Assembly: GCA_000934665.2 (NCBI GenBank)
Contig: KZ538570.1
Span: 1-61,431 of the forward strand
Length of the DNA stretch: 61,431 nucleotides
Direction of reading: 5' to 3'
DNA from: Catajapyx aquilonaris
Lineage: Eukaryota
This document shows, in pieces, positions 1 through 11,712 of the stretch. Numbering within the stretch: the first letter of the stretch is position 1; every line of letters starts with the position of its first letter. The position numbers were made by a program, and so were the translations under genes. The notes beneath the pieces are model-generated. The model saw only the letters and a list, made by a program, of their open reading frames with translations. It ran no database searches and had not been told where the DNA came from.

Positions 1-125
1 GGTAAGTGGGTAGGCCCGGGCGGGAACGCGTAGCGCCGAAGGCGCGCCAATTGGGGCGCAGCCCCAAGGGGGGGTGTGGGGGGGCGGAGCCCCCCCACCT
101 CGCAAAGCGAGTCCTGTATATATAT
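1..125 (+). mobile_element. Probable 3' terminus of a Helitron-like (rolling-circle) element with a run of triloop hairpins; truncated by the window edge
   Basis: Consecutive stem-loops CGC-GTA-GCG (27-35), GCGCC-GAA-GGCGC (33-45), TTGGGGC-GCA-GCCCCAA (51-67), GTGGGGGGGC-GGA-GCCCCCCCAC (76-98) and CTCGC-AAA-GCGAG (99-111), then TCCTGT and a (TA)n run. The hairpins are seen directly. The Helitron call is inferred from a subterminal GC hairpin next to an AT target. Confidence 0.5.
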
Positions 126-1047
126 GCATCTCTGCTCGGCTAGGTGCATGGGTCCGGGGCTGGAGAATTAAAATTATTATTGCGACCGTTATTAACTCTA
201 GTCCTATAATAATCTGCAATGCCAGTCCAGACAGGTCCTTATCCCAGCCAAAAATGGACGCGTTCTATGTATATAAAAAAGTTTGTTACAAACCCATTCC
301 TTGTCAACGCGTCGCTTAAGAATTTTCTGACATCCCTGCTGATATATCCGTCCAAAGACACTCCATTTTTTATACAGCTCCAGCTTCTTATAGAGCACTT
401 TTTAAGGGGGGGCGAAGGGTGATGGGTCGTGGTGGCGACACGGACAGCCTCAGTCAACGGATGCCACCGACGCCAAAAGACGCTCCTGGCGTCGGTCCAG
501 GCCCCCGAAAATTCAGGAGAGGCCCCCAAGATGCCCTCGGGAGGAAAAGACAGGGGGGGCTGGAAAAGAGAGTGACAGCCGCCGTCTGTCGCCCTCGCCG
601 CCTGACAAATGCGATTTGGGTTCGCCCCGGGGCCAACCCAAAAAGAGAGAGAGAAAAAAACTGGGGCAGCTTTTTGAGGTCTGCGGGGAAAGAAGAGCTG
701 TCGCCTCCGAGAGCCAGTCCCTCACTGGAAAACCGCTGGCATCTCTCCAGCAAAACCCCGACGCTTGTTTTTCCATAAAAGCTGCAGGATGTTGTCCTCT
801 TCCGCATCGCCTCTTGGGATAATACACAACTAAAAAATAAATAAATAAATTTTTAGGGAGAGAAGGCCAGTGTGTATGTGCATGCTTTTTGTATGATCGC
901 CCTGGGCCTGCACCGTTTAAAATAAATGTTTTTCTACATACAAAATACACAAGGGCACACAATAGGAGCAGGTTGGTTGTGTTTTTTTTGAACAGGATTT
1001 ATTTTCATGAGAGTGAACCCCAAATTTGGCAAAACTGCCGCCCGGAA

Positions 1048-1390
1048 TGTCCAGGTAGTACCACATATCTCACATAGATGGCGCATCCTCCCTCTCTGCA
1101 CACTGCTGCCACCTATAGAGTTTTTTAAAATTAGGTAAACCGAGTGCGCAACACAGTTCGCGCAAATTGTTTCCAACACTACCCTTGAGGGATTAACAAT
1201 ATGGCCGATTTTGCGATGTTGCCAAGGCTATGGAACGAACTAGAGACCCCTGAGAAGTAACTGTGGCAATGTTGTTGTCGGAACCAAATGGACTTGCGCG
1301 AGTGTGGGTGCGTACTCGGTTGCACTCGTTTAAAAAAAAATGTCATCTATAGCTAAGAGAAAATGATGACTCACCCCGGACATACAGAGA
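1048..1390 (+). mobile_element. Dispersed repeat family A, copy 1 (CTCF-like/AP-1 cassette), interrupted by a nested inverted-repeat element
   Basis: TGTCCAGGTAGTAC-N14-AGATGGCGCATCCTCCCTCTCTGCACACTGCTGCCA ... GATGACTCACCCCGGACA aligns by eye with 17745-17900 and 29966-30075. Confidence 0.75.
1113..1352. mobile_element. Degenerate MITE nested in family A copy 1
   Basis: Imperfect inverted ends CTATAGA..TTTTTTAAA..AACCGAGTGCGCAACACA..TCGCGCAA / TTGCGCGAGTGTGGGTGCGTACTCGGTT..TTTAAAAAA..TCTATAG. The segment is absent from the other family A copies. Confidence 0.55.
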
Positions 1391-1589
1391 TCCAATAATT
1401 GTGCATGCTGTGATTGTTGAAATGCGGTGGACAATCATATCTTTTCAGCTGCCCACAAGGGGTCAAGAGGATTGAACCGTTTGTTTAGGACTAGGAGCCA
1501 GGGTAAATAAATTCAGGGGGTTACAACTCAATTTGAATATTATTTAATGGCAGGAATCTCTTGAAGACATTGAGCAGTCCCGTAGGGAG

Positions 1590-1815
1590 AAATTTCTCTC
1601 TCTCTCTCCCCTCCTTCCCCCTCTCCCTCCCTCCTCTTTCTCTCCCTCATTTGCATGCTAATCGCTCCAGTGATGGTGCTGTTGATGAGCCCGGAGCTGA
1701 TTGGGCGGCCAGCTGCCACTCTCAAAGTGGAGTACAGTGGATGGAGGGGGTGGAGGGGTTGTAATTAGCCGGTAGAGAATTCCAAGAGAGAGAGAGAGAG
1801 AGGGCTCAGAGAGAG
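1590..1815. promoter_or_regulatory. Candidate cis-regulatory island: CT/GA tracts, octamer, CCAAT and GC box
   Basis: (CT)n at ~1595-1647, ATTTGCAT at 1649-1656, ATTGGGCGG at ~1700 (reverse CCAAT overlapping GGGCGG), (GA)n at ~1786-1815. Motif matches only. Confidence 0.3.
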
Positions 1816-1965
1816 CCGGATCTACTCTTATACTCTCTGCATTTAGAAACGCACAGTTTTTATTCCGGGGGGGCTAGCGTCGCAATACTCAATAATTCAT
1901 TCATAATAAGCAAATTATGCCGTCTAAAACAATCGAGCCTCCCGTATTAAATAACTCCCTCTTTA

Positions 1966-2792
1966 GAAGCAGTTGCTCATATCAGTTATTACAAAAGAGT
2001 TACAAATGCAGAGTAGCAGTTATTGCAAGATAGCAGTTATGGCAAAACAGCAGCTATAAGTACAGAGTAGCAGTTGTTTTTATATCAGTTATTCAAAAAT
2101 AGCAGTTGCAAGTGCAGAGTAGCAGTTACTTATAGCAGTTGCTACGCGATGACAGTTACTTATAGCAGTTGCAACGAGATATCAGTTACAAATGCAAAGT
2201 AGCAGTTGCTCATATCAGTTACAAAATTACAAAATAGTTACAAATGCAGAGTAGCAGTTATGGCAAAACAGCAGCTATAAGTACAGAGTAGCAGTTGTTT
2301 ATGTCAGTTATTCAAAAATAGCAGTTATGAGTTGATAGCAGTTACAAGTGCAGAGTAGCAGTTACTCATAGCAGTTGCTACGCGATGACAGTTACTCATA
2401 GCAGTTGCAACGAGATATCAGCTACAAATGCAAAGTAGCAGTTGCTCATATCAGTTATCACAAAATAGTTACAAAAGCAAAGTAGCAGTTGCTCATATCA
2501 GTTATTACAGAATAGTTACAAATGCAGAGTAGCAGTTATTGCAAGATAGCAGTTATGGCAAAACAGCAGCTATAAGTACAGAGTAGCAGTTGTTTATATC
2601 TGTTATTCAAAAAATAGCAGTTATGACTTGATAGCAGTTACAAGTGCAGAGTAGCAGTTATTTATAGCAGTTGCTACCCTATAGGAGTTACAAATGCAAA
2701 GTAGCAGTTGCTTATATCATTTGTTATACATAATAGCAGTTATGCAAAATAGAAGTTATTGCATGATAGCTGTTGCAGAGTTCAGAGTAGCA
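1966..2792 (+). repeat. Complex minisatellite built on (T)AGCAGTT with a ~240-280 bp higher-order unit
   Basis: AGCAGTT/ATCAGTT recurs every ~12-22 bp. The block TACAAATGCAGAGTAGCAGTTA..GGCAAAACAGCAGCTATAAGTACAGAGTAGCAGTTG recurs at ~2001, ~2240 and ~2517. Confidence 0.9.
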
Positions 2793-3439
2793 GCCCTGGC
2801 TTTATGCGCATGCGCGGATTCTTTTGAGAGTATTTTCTTGTAATCTGGAAGAGAGTAATTGTTATGGGGACAAACTTACGTGACGTAGGCTCTATAATTG
2901 CAAGTAGCCCAAATTCCTGGTAACGCAAGAGCCCAAGGAGTATTCTCTGGACCAGAGAAAAGTGCAAGTTAGCGCAGCAAGGGAGGATGGCCAATGTTTC
3001 TAGTGGCGGGGGGAGTTTTGGGGGGGNAAAGAAGGAGGGCATGGGGGTGGGTGGGTGGGAGGGAGGGATGGAAGAAGAGCATCCTCCCCATCACTTGAAG
3101 CCACAGCAGCAGCAGCATCCTCTTCTTTTTCTCCTCATCCCCTCCCCGGGGGTGGTGGTGGGGGGAGGGGAGGGAGGGAGAGAAGGAGAGGGCGTCGGGG
3201 GGCGTCCAGAGGGGGGGGGGAGGCACCGCAGGCGTCCGAATCAATCAATCGCCCCAAGAGGAGAGGCTCCGCTAATTGCCCTTCGATCTGCAGAGGCGGT
3301 GGCGTACCTCGACTGCAGCGCAGCACCCCCTCCACAACATCCCACTTTTCCTATAATATAAGTCACTCGGATGCCAACTATATCCCAATTATCGGGACAC
3401 CCTGTACTACTGATGGAAAACGGTGCTAAATTACATTAC

Positions 3440-4090
3440 ACCAGCTACGAGCATAACTATAGTACCAGTAACCAACAACTACCAGCTACGCAATAGCAGT
3501 TACCAATAGCTTTGTTGGTAACTATGTTAGTAACTTTCAATAACCATCGATGACTATGTTAATAGCTTCTGATAACTACGTTAATAACTTGATAATCCTG
3601 TTAATAACCATTGATAACCAGGCTGTAGGACCTTCAACAAGGTTGGGTCAGCCCTCACTATACTGCCTTAACAGCTATTGACAACCATGTTAATAGCCAC
3701 GGTAATAACTGTTAATCGGTAATAATAACTATGTTGGTAGCACCTAACAGCTCTGGTAATATATGTAGCAATAGTAATAACTGTTAATTGATGATCTAGT
3801 TAACAGAAATCTGTTAATAACTGTTAATTATTGTTGGCAAACATACTATCACAGTAATAACTTGTTAATAGCTGTTAATAGCTATTAATAGCTCTCTTGA
3901 TTAGTAATAGCCATTGTAACAACTATGTTAGTATCAGTTAATAGCTATTAATAGCTCTCTTGATTAGTAATAGCCATTGTAATAACTATGTTAGTATCAG
4001 TTATAATAGCTCTGTAAATAGCTGTTAGTAACAGTGGTAATAACTGAATAGCTGTAACTGTTAATTTTATCGTAAACTGTTAATGTCATA
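3440..4090. repeat. AT-rich degenerate minisatellite (TAATAGC / TAACT(A/G)TGTT motifs)
   Basis: Dense recurrence of TAATAGC, TAATAAC and CTATGTT, with a near-exact ~62-bp tandem duplication at ~3875-4000. Confidence 0.8.
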
Positions 4091-5315
4091 CACAGTGCAT
4101 TGATATTAAAAGCAACCTTTAATATCTATGACACAGTACTGAAGCAGCAGGGTATTTATAATTATGTTAAACTTACGTATCGATGGAATTGACATCTAAT
4201 TGTGATTTGAGCACTGTTGGCTACTGCTAATTATTTAGCTAGTGATGCGAATTAAAGCAGACGGATGTGTTTTCTCCCATGGCTACACCCTGCGTATGGT
4301 TTATTACAGAGGGTTCCGCCCCGGTTTGCTTTTTGTTAGGGAATCACAGTCGTGATCGGGACCAATTTCGAGATCACGAAGCTCATCACACGTTAGTTGG
4401 CGTCAAATTTGGAGGGGGTGATGAAGGTCCTTCCCATGTATACTCTTTTTCATCCCCTCCTTCCCCTGTATATATATTTTGAAGTGGAGGGGTCAGCCTG
4501 GTAGGGGTCACCTGCAAGTCACGAACCTGGTGACGTGCCTGTGCAAACACTGCACCTTTTTCTGGCATGATGGGGGTCATCAACTGTCATTTGGGCGGGT
4601 TGCATCACACTCGGCGAAATGGCTTATCCAGCGGCTGTGGTAATCATACCCAGCTGTTTACTCTTGGTGGGTACAGGGTGGTTGACTGCCACTGTGATTC
4701 TGCCTCACCCTGTGTGTGTACAGGAATGTCTTGAGAGCAAAGCCTGAACGAGGTGCACAGCAGAGCCGGGGTCAGAACCCGAGGCGCAAATCCGCTTGTG
4801 AGCAACCCCTAATTCTTGTCAGACGCTGCAGCCGCGGCGCTAAGGTGCTTACGACGCCCCCGACGCCCCTTTCTCTCTCTCTCTTCCTTCTTCTCCCTTC
4901 CTTCCCCCCTCCTTCCCTCCCACAGGCCTTGAGGGGGTTTTGCAGATCGGTTGGGGGAAAACAAGATGTAAAGACGGGTCTCTCCGACGATGACTCTTAC
5001 CAGGCCGGAGTTATTTATTGGCGCACCCTATCTCTTCCTCCCCCATCTTCTTCTTCTTCCTTTTTTTTCTCTCTCTTCGTGGTCTCTCTTTTGAGTTGTT
5101 TACTGCGTCAGACGCGCCTACGATAGGCCAGGTTTCATTACGAAATTATCCGGGTCTTCTGGCCCCGTTTGTGATTTACGCGACAGCAGAAGGGCCCAGT
5201 CTATATATACCAGCAGTTTATATTCTGCACAACACTCGCCAGTGTGGCTGCTGGTATACGAAACAAAAGGGACAGTAACGTATAGCTTATGACATATATA
5301 AGAAACATAGGGTGG

Positions 5316-5401
5316 AATTTTCGTCCCACGGCTAGTCACTGTAGTCTACTGCAAACACTGGTGCTGCTAAGTTAGCAGGAACTAGCAGTGGGACGAAAAT
5401 T
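5316..5401. mobile_element. Short inverted-repeat element (MITE-like); partial second copy at ~46028-46090
   Basis: 14-bp perfect IR AATTTTCGTCCCAC / GTGGGACGAAAATT. TCGTCCCACTGCTA..CTGCTAACTTAG at ~46036 matches the reverse complement of the right half. Confidence 0.6.
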
Positions 5402-6246
5402 TCATCCATAAGACCCGTTTACGAAATGGAGGTTAATTAGGTATTATTTACACTACTGAAGTGACCGTTTTAGGCAGCAATTTTTATCGCCAATATCCTT
5501 TACTAATGACAGCTCAAAATATCATCAGAATGTGCTGACGTCACAGTTGCCTGCAGAGTTGTCACACTATGACGTCGGTAGGCTACTCTTCTGTCTGAGG
5601 CAAGATGCAGAATAATTTGGACCCAGCAAGAAGCTGAGCGTTTAGAAAGTTCTGGAAGTATCAAGCGTCCCCCTCCTCATGCTGCTTCCCTCCCCTCCCA
5701 ATGTTTCAACGCCCACAACTTATTGTCAGCCATAAATCCCGCGACTACCGTTGTAATTACCCCCCAAAAAGGAGGAGGGGAGGGCAGAAAAGAGCTCTCG
5801 TCGCGCACCAGCGTTTGTCCCTGTTTTTAATTGCCGCTTTTTTTTCTGCTGCTCTTCTTCTGTGGTGGGGGGTGGAGGGGGGAGTTGTCCCAAGGGGTGG
5901 GTAGGGGGAGGGATGGTTGAGGAAGAAGAATGGGGCGCCGATATTGACCCCGGCGCCCTGTCACCCTCGAGCGACGCTAATTGCCTGGGCTTGACAGAGG
6001 TGGTGGCGCAGGGACGCGAATTCCAGCGGCCTCAGGAGAGAATGAGTGGAGAGGAAAGGAAGGAAGATGCCCCCCAACTCACCCCATCCCTCGCTCCCCC
6101 ATCTATATGTCAACCCCTTTTCCGCACCGACGTCAACCCCTCTGTCAAAGCCAATGCTCCCTGGAGAGCTACCACTCCAAGGGTGCAGGAACACTCATTC
6201 GAGCACGCCATCAAAGTGTGGACGCCCCTCGTACAATAATGCCACC

Positions 6247-6765
6247 CAGGGATATCGATACATCGAGAAAGAGCATATCGATTCATTGTGGAAGAGCACA
6301 TCGATATATTGAGGAAGATCATATCGATTCAATGAGGAAACGCATATCGATACACTGCGAAAAAGAATATCGATACACTGCAAAAGAGAATATCGAGATA
6401 ATGAGGAAACGCATATCGATACATCGACGAAGCCTAAATCGATATATTGAGGAAGTGCATATCGATACACTGCCAAAGAGAATATCGATATAATGAGGAA
6501 ACGCATATCGATATATCGATGAAGCCTAAATCGATACACTGCGAAGGAGCATATCGATACAGCGAGGAAACGCCTATCGAGACATCGAGGAAGAGCATAT
6601 CGATACAACGAGAGATAATATCGATAACATATAGAAAGATAATATATCGATATTTTCTTCCTCGATATATCGATATTATCTTCGATATCGATACATCGAG
6701 GAAACGCCTATCGAGACATTGAGAAAGATAATATCGATATATCGAGGAAGAGAATATCGATACAT
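6247..6765 (+). repeat. 23-bp-period minisatellite of (T)ATCGAT(A) palindromes
   Basis: ATCGAT/ATCGAG cores fall in 23-bp register from ~6253 to ~6598. Consensus is about ATATCGATACAYYGAGGAARMGC, and the units at ~6640-6690 are inverted. Confidence 0.9.
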
Positions 6766-7811
6766 GTCAAGGAGGCCGTTTGAACAATAATCGCGTTTTT
6801 TTTGCTAGAACCCAATCTTTTAACGCGCATTCAATTTTGATTGCAGCAAAAATCCGCGCATCAGCAGCACTTGATAATGACATCCTGAGCAAACACCCGG
6901 CTTTTTGCATCTGCTGGGAATAATTCAATTCGTTCATTGCCTTCAAATCCGATACGCCCATCGGTATGGAAAATCATTGGGATTAACACTCTCGCAGCTG
7001 ATAATGGGGGGAGAGAGGTGGGGAGGGGGGATGGCATAAAATTCGGTGGGGGGGGGGGGGCGGTTCCTACATCACACTTTAGGAACCCATTTGTACGTGA
7101 TTCTGATCAATAATCAGTCCATTTAGTTGCTATGCTGCTCATCCCCTGAACATCAAAAGCTGACCCCTTTTTTTCGGAGAGCCCAGTGCTGCCGTCCTGT
7201 GACATGTTGTGACAGTCGGTCCCTTAATATTTGAGCACGTTGCCACATATATTGTTTTGTTTGAACCGGGTTGTACTTATGGTGCGTGCTTCTCATTTCC
7301 CCTTGGGCCTGGTGCCGTTTGTCTTGTCGCCGCCCGGACCCCCAATTGACCCTGGCTGTCATGGCGGTGTAGTTGCAGGGAGGGAGTGAGCCAGATGAGA
7401 GGCTGGGAGGGAGTGATCTGGGGAGAGCCCCTAATTGCCGGGAAACAGATGCGGTGTCGCCAAAGGGGTGACACTTGTATCGGGAATCGTTTTGTCTGCT
7501 TCGTGGGGGGAGAGGATGGGTTTCAAGGGGAGAGAAGAAGAAGTCGTCGGGAAATTTGTTGCTGGGGAAAAGAGGGAGGGGGAAAAGTACCAGTTGTGTC
7601 ATTCCACGCATTGGTCCCATCGGTTATGCTGAGATAGCGTTTATTTACTACAGGGGAAAGTTTGGTTATACAATTACTTTCGAACAATGCTGAGCAGGCA
7701 GCCTCCAGGAAAATTGAAGTATCGTATAGCCTGAAAATATCAGCAGGCTCTTGATCAGGTTTGTCCTTACATGTTGGCAGAGCCACAATAACGTTCGTTG
7801 GCCGGCCATAG

Positions 7812-8005
7812 TATAGAGCCCTGGTGGACTTTGTCCGTGCAGTGACTCATCACCAACGTGTAGGTAGTACTACTTACTCCCTGAGAGTGGCAGGAGTGTG
7901 CATCAGAGGGAGAGCCTATGCGCCAACTGGAGTGGCCTATCGTACTACGTCCAAGTTGAGGGGGGGGGAGGTAAGCAGTGTTGCCAAAATTTGGCAACCC
8001 GTCCG
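7812..8005 (-). mobile_element. Dispersed repeat family A2, inverted copy of 55913-56103
   Basis: GCCCTGGTGGACTTTGTCCG..GTGACTCATCACCAACGTG..GTAGTACTACTT..TGCGCCAACTGG..AAGCAGTGTTGCCAAAATTTGGCAAC is colinear with the reverse complement of 55913-56103. Confidence 0.8.
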
Positions 8006-9247
8006 TTGCCAATGGGATATATCCGCCACATAGGCCTATATTGAACTCTGATTAATGTTGCTTAGTAACTCTCATTAGTAGGTAGCGCTGCTGCTGTGTG
8101 CTCGGTTGGTTGCGTTTAAACTGCTGCCATGTAAATGGCATGTCTGACTGCAGTGGAATGACTGCAACTGCAACCCGAATTCACCAAAACATAATAGCTA
8201 CTCTGGAGTGCTTACACCCTTGTAGCATGAAATTCCACATGTTAGCTCGGGACTGTGGCTCTTGGAATTTATTACAGTAGTTTGCAGGGGGGATTCATTG
8301 AATTCCCTCCGCTCACTGTAACTTGTTGCGTTTTCGGAGTTGTACATTTATACATACGCGAACCCTTGCACCAACCAAAAAATAGAATGCAAAAAGTGTA
8401 GAGCTTGCAAAGTACAGTTGTCGTGCGTATAGTCACCAAAATGAAAACAAGAGCGCTCAAAACATCCCGTGTAATTTCCGGAGCTAATTAGGTTATGCGA
8501 GGGATTTATGGGAGGACATGAAGCACACAAGCTTACGGTACGCTACAGTCCATTGTGTTTGACTTTGTTGTAGCAGAAGGTAAACAACCCGGTGTGTTTG
8601 GCAATGAAGAAAAGGAGCGCCTTGCAGATATGCTCGCTAATTTTTCTCCCACTCAATTATCAGCCCTCTAGAGCAAAGATTTGGGTTTGCACAATGAGTT
8701 TACTTGGAGGTATGAGACACCTTGTAGGCTGCTGCGCGGGTACCTCCACAGATGGCCGATGTTTTTGGAGTATAGGCAGGAAGAAGAGTGCAGTTAATTT
8801 GAACACACCCCCCTTTTTCTTGAGAGATGCTGTACACCTGTAGCTGGGTCGGAGCATGAGACCCTTTAAGGTTTGTTCCCACGCAGGGAGATGACAAAGA
8901 GCAGTCACGCTGAGAGACACGATAGATAAAGGATCCAGCGGAGAACAGGAGTGATTCCAAGTCATCCGCGGTGTTGCCCTTTTTATCCCCCGATCGTTGC
9001 ATAATGTCTTTGATAGCCGGCCACGTCCCTTTTTGCGGTGTGTCCCCCTTTTGTTGGTCCTGATTGGTCACGGAGGGGACGCCGAGTCACGGAGGCGCCG
9101 GATTGCAGGATGACATTGTCGTAGAGGCTTTGTTCCGGATTTCGACACGCGGCCCCGGGGGGTGTTGGCCCGGCTGGGTGTGGTCTATTGTCAGGCACCC
9201 TCCCAAAAAAAAGTGGTCTCATTTGGCCCTTAAAAAAGAAATGTCTA

Positions 9248-9338
9248 CAGGGTGTGTCATATCTACGTCGCCAATGGCTTTGCGACCGACAAAAAATGAT
9301 CCCACTAGATGACAGCGACACAGTTTTGACTCACCCGG
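9248..9338. mobile_element. Tc1/mariner-like MITE
   Basis: TA-CAGGGTGTGTCA ... TGACTCACCCGG-TA imperfect TIRs with TA flanks. Internal CCACTAGATGACAG is CTCF-core-like. Confidence 0.65.
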
Positions 9339-11011
9339 TATAGACGTAGGAAAAATGGGGCTGTGTAGCAGCTAACGACAGTGACCGGGCCAGGACTGGG
9401 ATCCTCTACCCACCAAAAAAGGGGGGGCGAGAGAGACGAGGAAAAAAAATCGCCCCTCTGCGTCTCCCTACCCGCTTGGAAAATTTATCTCGGACGCCTG
9501 GCGTCCCTTCTATTATTTATGGGCGCTGGAGTCCTGGACGTCCATTTCCATGCGGAGAGCGTCGGAGGTGGAGCGGCCTCTGGGACAGCAGGGACTCGTT
9601 ATTGATATGACGCCGGGTGACAGCTCCCTCCCGACGTCCAAGACGCCTCCCGATGCTCCCTCGGGGAACCCTGCAGGTACAACCACCCCAAAAAATATAC
9701 CAATCACGATCTTTGGGATTGTACAAAAAAAAAGTATTGCTAAAATCCGCATATTGCTAGGTTAAAAAATGGCGATTAATTAAATCGATTTTTGCACAGC
9801 GCTGATTCCCGAGAAGGTTTTTGTCTCCGAGAGTACCTCACTCGTGTTCTGGTTGCAAGTGACCCATCCTGAGGTTGCTTTTCGGTGTCTTGTGGGGGGT
9901 GGGTCACCAGGGAAGGGAGGGCAAAAGGAGGCATCTGTCCTCTAGAAATGGCCCCCTTGCGAATAAGGGGAAGTCCTGCCCCCATGCTGCCTGCGAATCC
10001 GGGACTCTTCTCGAATACGAGATGCCACAAACCGGAAGAATGAAGAAGAAGAAAAAAAAGAGGAGACACTGAAGAAGAAGAAAGAGGGTGGTGGTCGTGT
10101 CATAACTTAACGGCGGTTGCGTGTTGACGGTCACGGCTTGGCTGCCACCCGATTTATTAGCCAGGGTCTCAAAGGATGTGTTCCTCAAAACGGACCAGAA
10201 ACGGTTTATTGCGCTTTTCCTTATGCTCAACCGCATCATTTTACTTTGGGAAAACCGGCTGCTGAACTCATCATTATTTCTCCGCCTTTCTTCTGCTGCA
10301 TGACGGTGCGTCGGGGGGGTTAAAACATTGGCAAAAAGCTTCATTACCATTGTTCGCACATGGCAGTCAACTGTGACTCTTGGAGGTGATATGTGTTGTT
10401 GGTATTACATCCAGTAATTATTTGTGTGGCAGTTAGATCACTGAAACTGGCATTGGGCGTATTTTGGCCAAAATGGATGGCCGCAATTTTTTTTTTTTGC
10501 GAATTGGAGTCGCAATGGGCGATTGGAAGCGACCGTTTAAGCAGCGATCCTGACTGTGGAGGAGGGTAGGGTGTCTTCCACCATCCGACGCCCAATTGGA
10601 AAAACATTTTGCCCGCATCCGATAACTTCCCCCTTCAAGCATCATTCCCTCCTTCTCCTTCCCCCTCTCCCTCCTACGTCTCTCCCCAAGTCCAAAACCA
10701 CCGCTTGGAATAGCAACGACCAGGGCCGATTGAATCCGCCCAATCTGCCAGCAAAGTGGCCCCCTCCTCCTCTCCTATACTCCTGACAAGATTTCTCCTC
10801 TTTCTGCCAAGCCACCCCTATACTTTTTTTTGTGCGTCGCGAGCGTCGGGAGCGTCGCGGCGTGAGTCGACTAGGGGATAAGGGCCATAGAAGGGGGGAT
10901 AAATTCGGTGCACTGACACAGAAATAATCATGGGTCCAATCCATACTTGATATCGTTCACACACGTGACGTCATGAAATTCAATTGGCATCATGACGTCA
11001 TAAAAAGAATT

Positions 11012-11249
11012 GAAACCTTGAGTTGCAAAAGGTCCCAAGTCCAACCACCTCAACTTTTCAGGAGAGACAAAAGATCGAAATTGATAAGAAATTATCGAAA
11101 TTTGTGGAAAATTTTCATGATTTTTCTTCCCCATGTTTTAGAATGAACATATTCATTCAAAATATGCGCCTTGCCCCGTACTACCCCCCATATATGTAAC
11201 TCGAAATCGTCAAAATGTGGACTTGGGACCTTTGGATACTCAAGGTTTC
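11012..11249. mobile_element. MITE flanked by AATT (Sola1-like AWWT target)
   Basis: TIRs GAAACCTTGAGT..AAAGGTCCCAAGTCCA / TGGACTTGGGACCTTT..ACTCAAGGTTTC, with AATT at 11008-11011 and 11250-11253. The superfamily is inferred from the flank only. Confidence 0.7.
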
Positions 11250-11300
11250 AATTCAATGGGCGGGGCGGTCCTAGTGTACATTTTGCAAACCCACGTGAAA

Positions 11301-11712
11301 ATATTTGTTTTAAGACACATGTATTAGTTTTCGAGCTATGATCGATCTAAAATCATATTAATTATTACGGGATCGTATCGCCTTCTGACGTCACTGCGGC
11401 TAAATAGATCGGCGCAGAGGCAGGAACGCACCCGGGCTGCTTCGTTCCTTTGTTTGTTCGCTTTGTTGGCGCGCCTAACAACGGAATCGAACCGGGTGCA
11501 CTGGTCTGCTGACGTCACTGTGGTCAGGCAGGAGTGGGAATGCGCTCTTTAGGCCACGCCCCTCTTTTTCCTGCCACTTTAAGAGTAGTAACGATATTTT
11601 ATCGAGGAATGACATTTTGGTGATGAAAAGTGGTGGAAATGATTGTTTACATGTATGGTTGAGCTATTCCATACAAATTCCCCCAAATCCCAGACCAAGG
11701 CTTTGGACTCCA
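11301..11712 (+). mobile_element. Dispersed repeat family B, copy 1 (non-autonomous element)
   Basis: Colinear with the reverse complement of 22421-22860: AGTTTTCGAGCTATGATC, CTGACGTCACT, CAGAGGCAGGAACGCACCCGG, TGGCGCGCCTAACAACGG, TATCGAGGAATGACATTTTGG, GAAAAGTGGTGGAA, TTGTTTACATGTATGG, CCAGACCAAG. Confidence 0.8.

Noticed and set aside
1..7. G/GTAAGT splice donor at the window start
   Set aside because: It lies in the hairpin-rich repeat end and the upstream context is not visible.
6247..6765. Repeat/spacer pattern as a CRISPR array; overlapping ORFs with RISIH/IDI repeats
   Set aside because: The conserved core is only 6-8 nt, the spacers are mutually similar, the context is eukaryotic and there are no cas genes. 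The ORFs are translations of the minisatellite.
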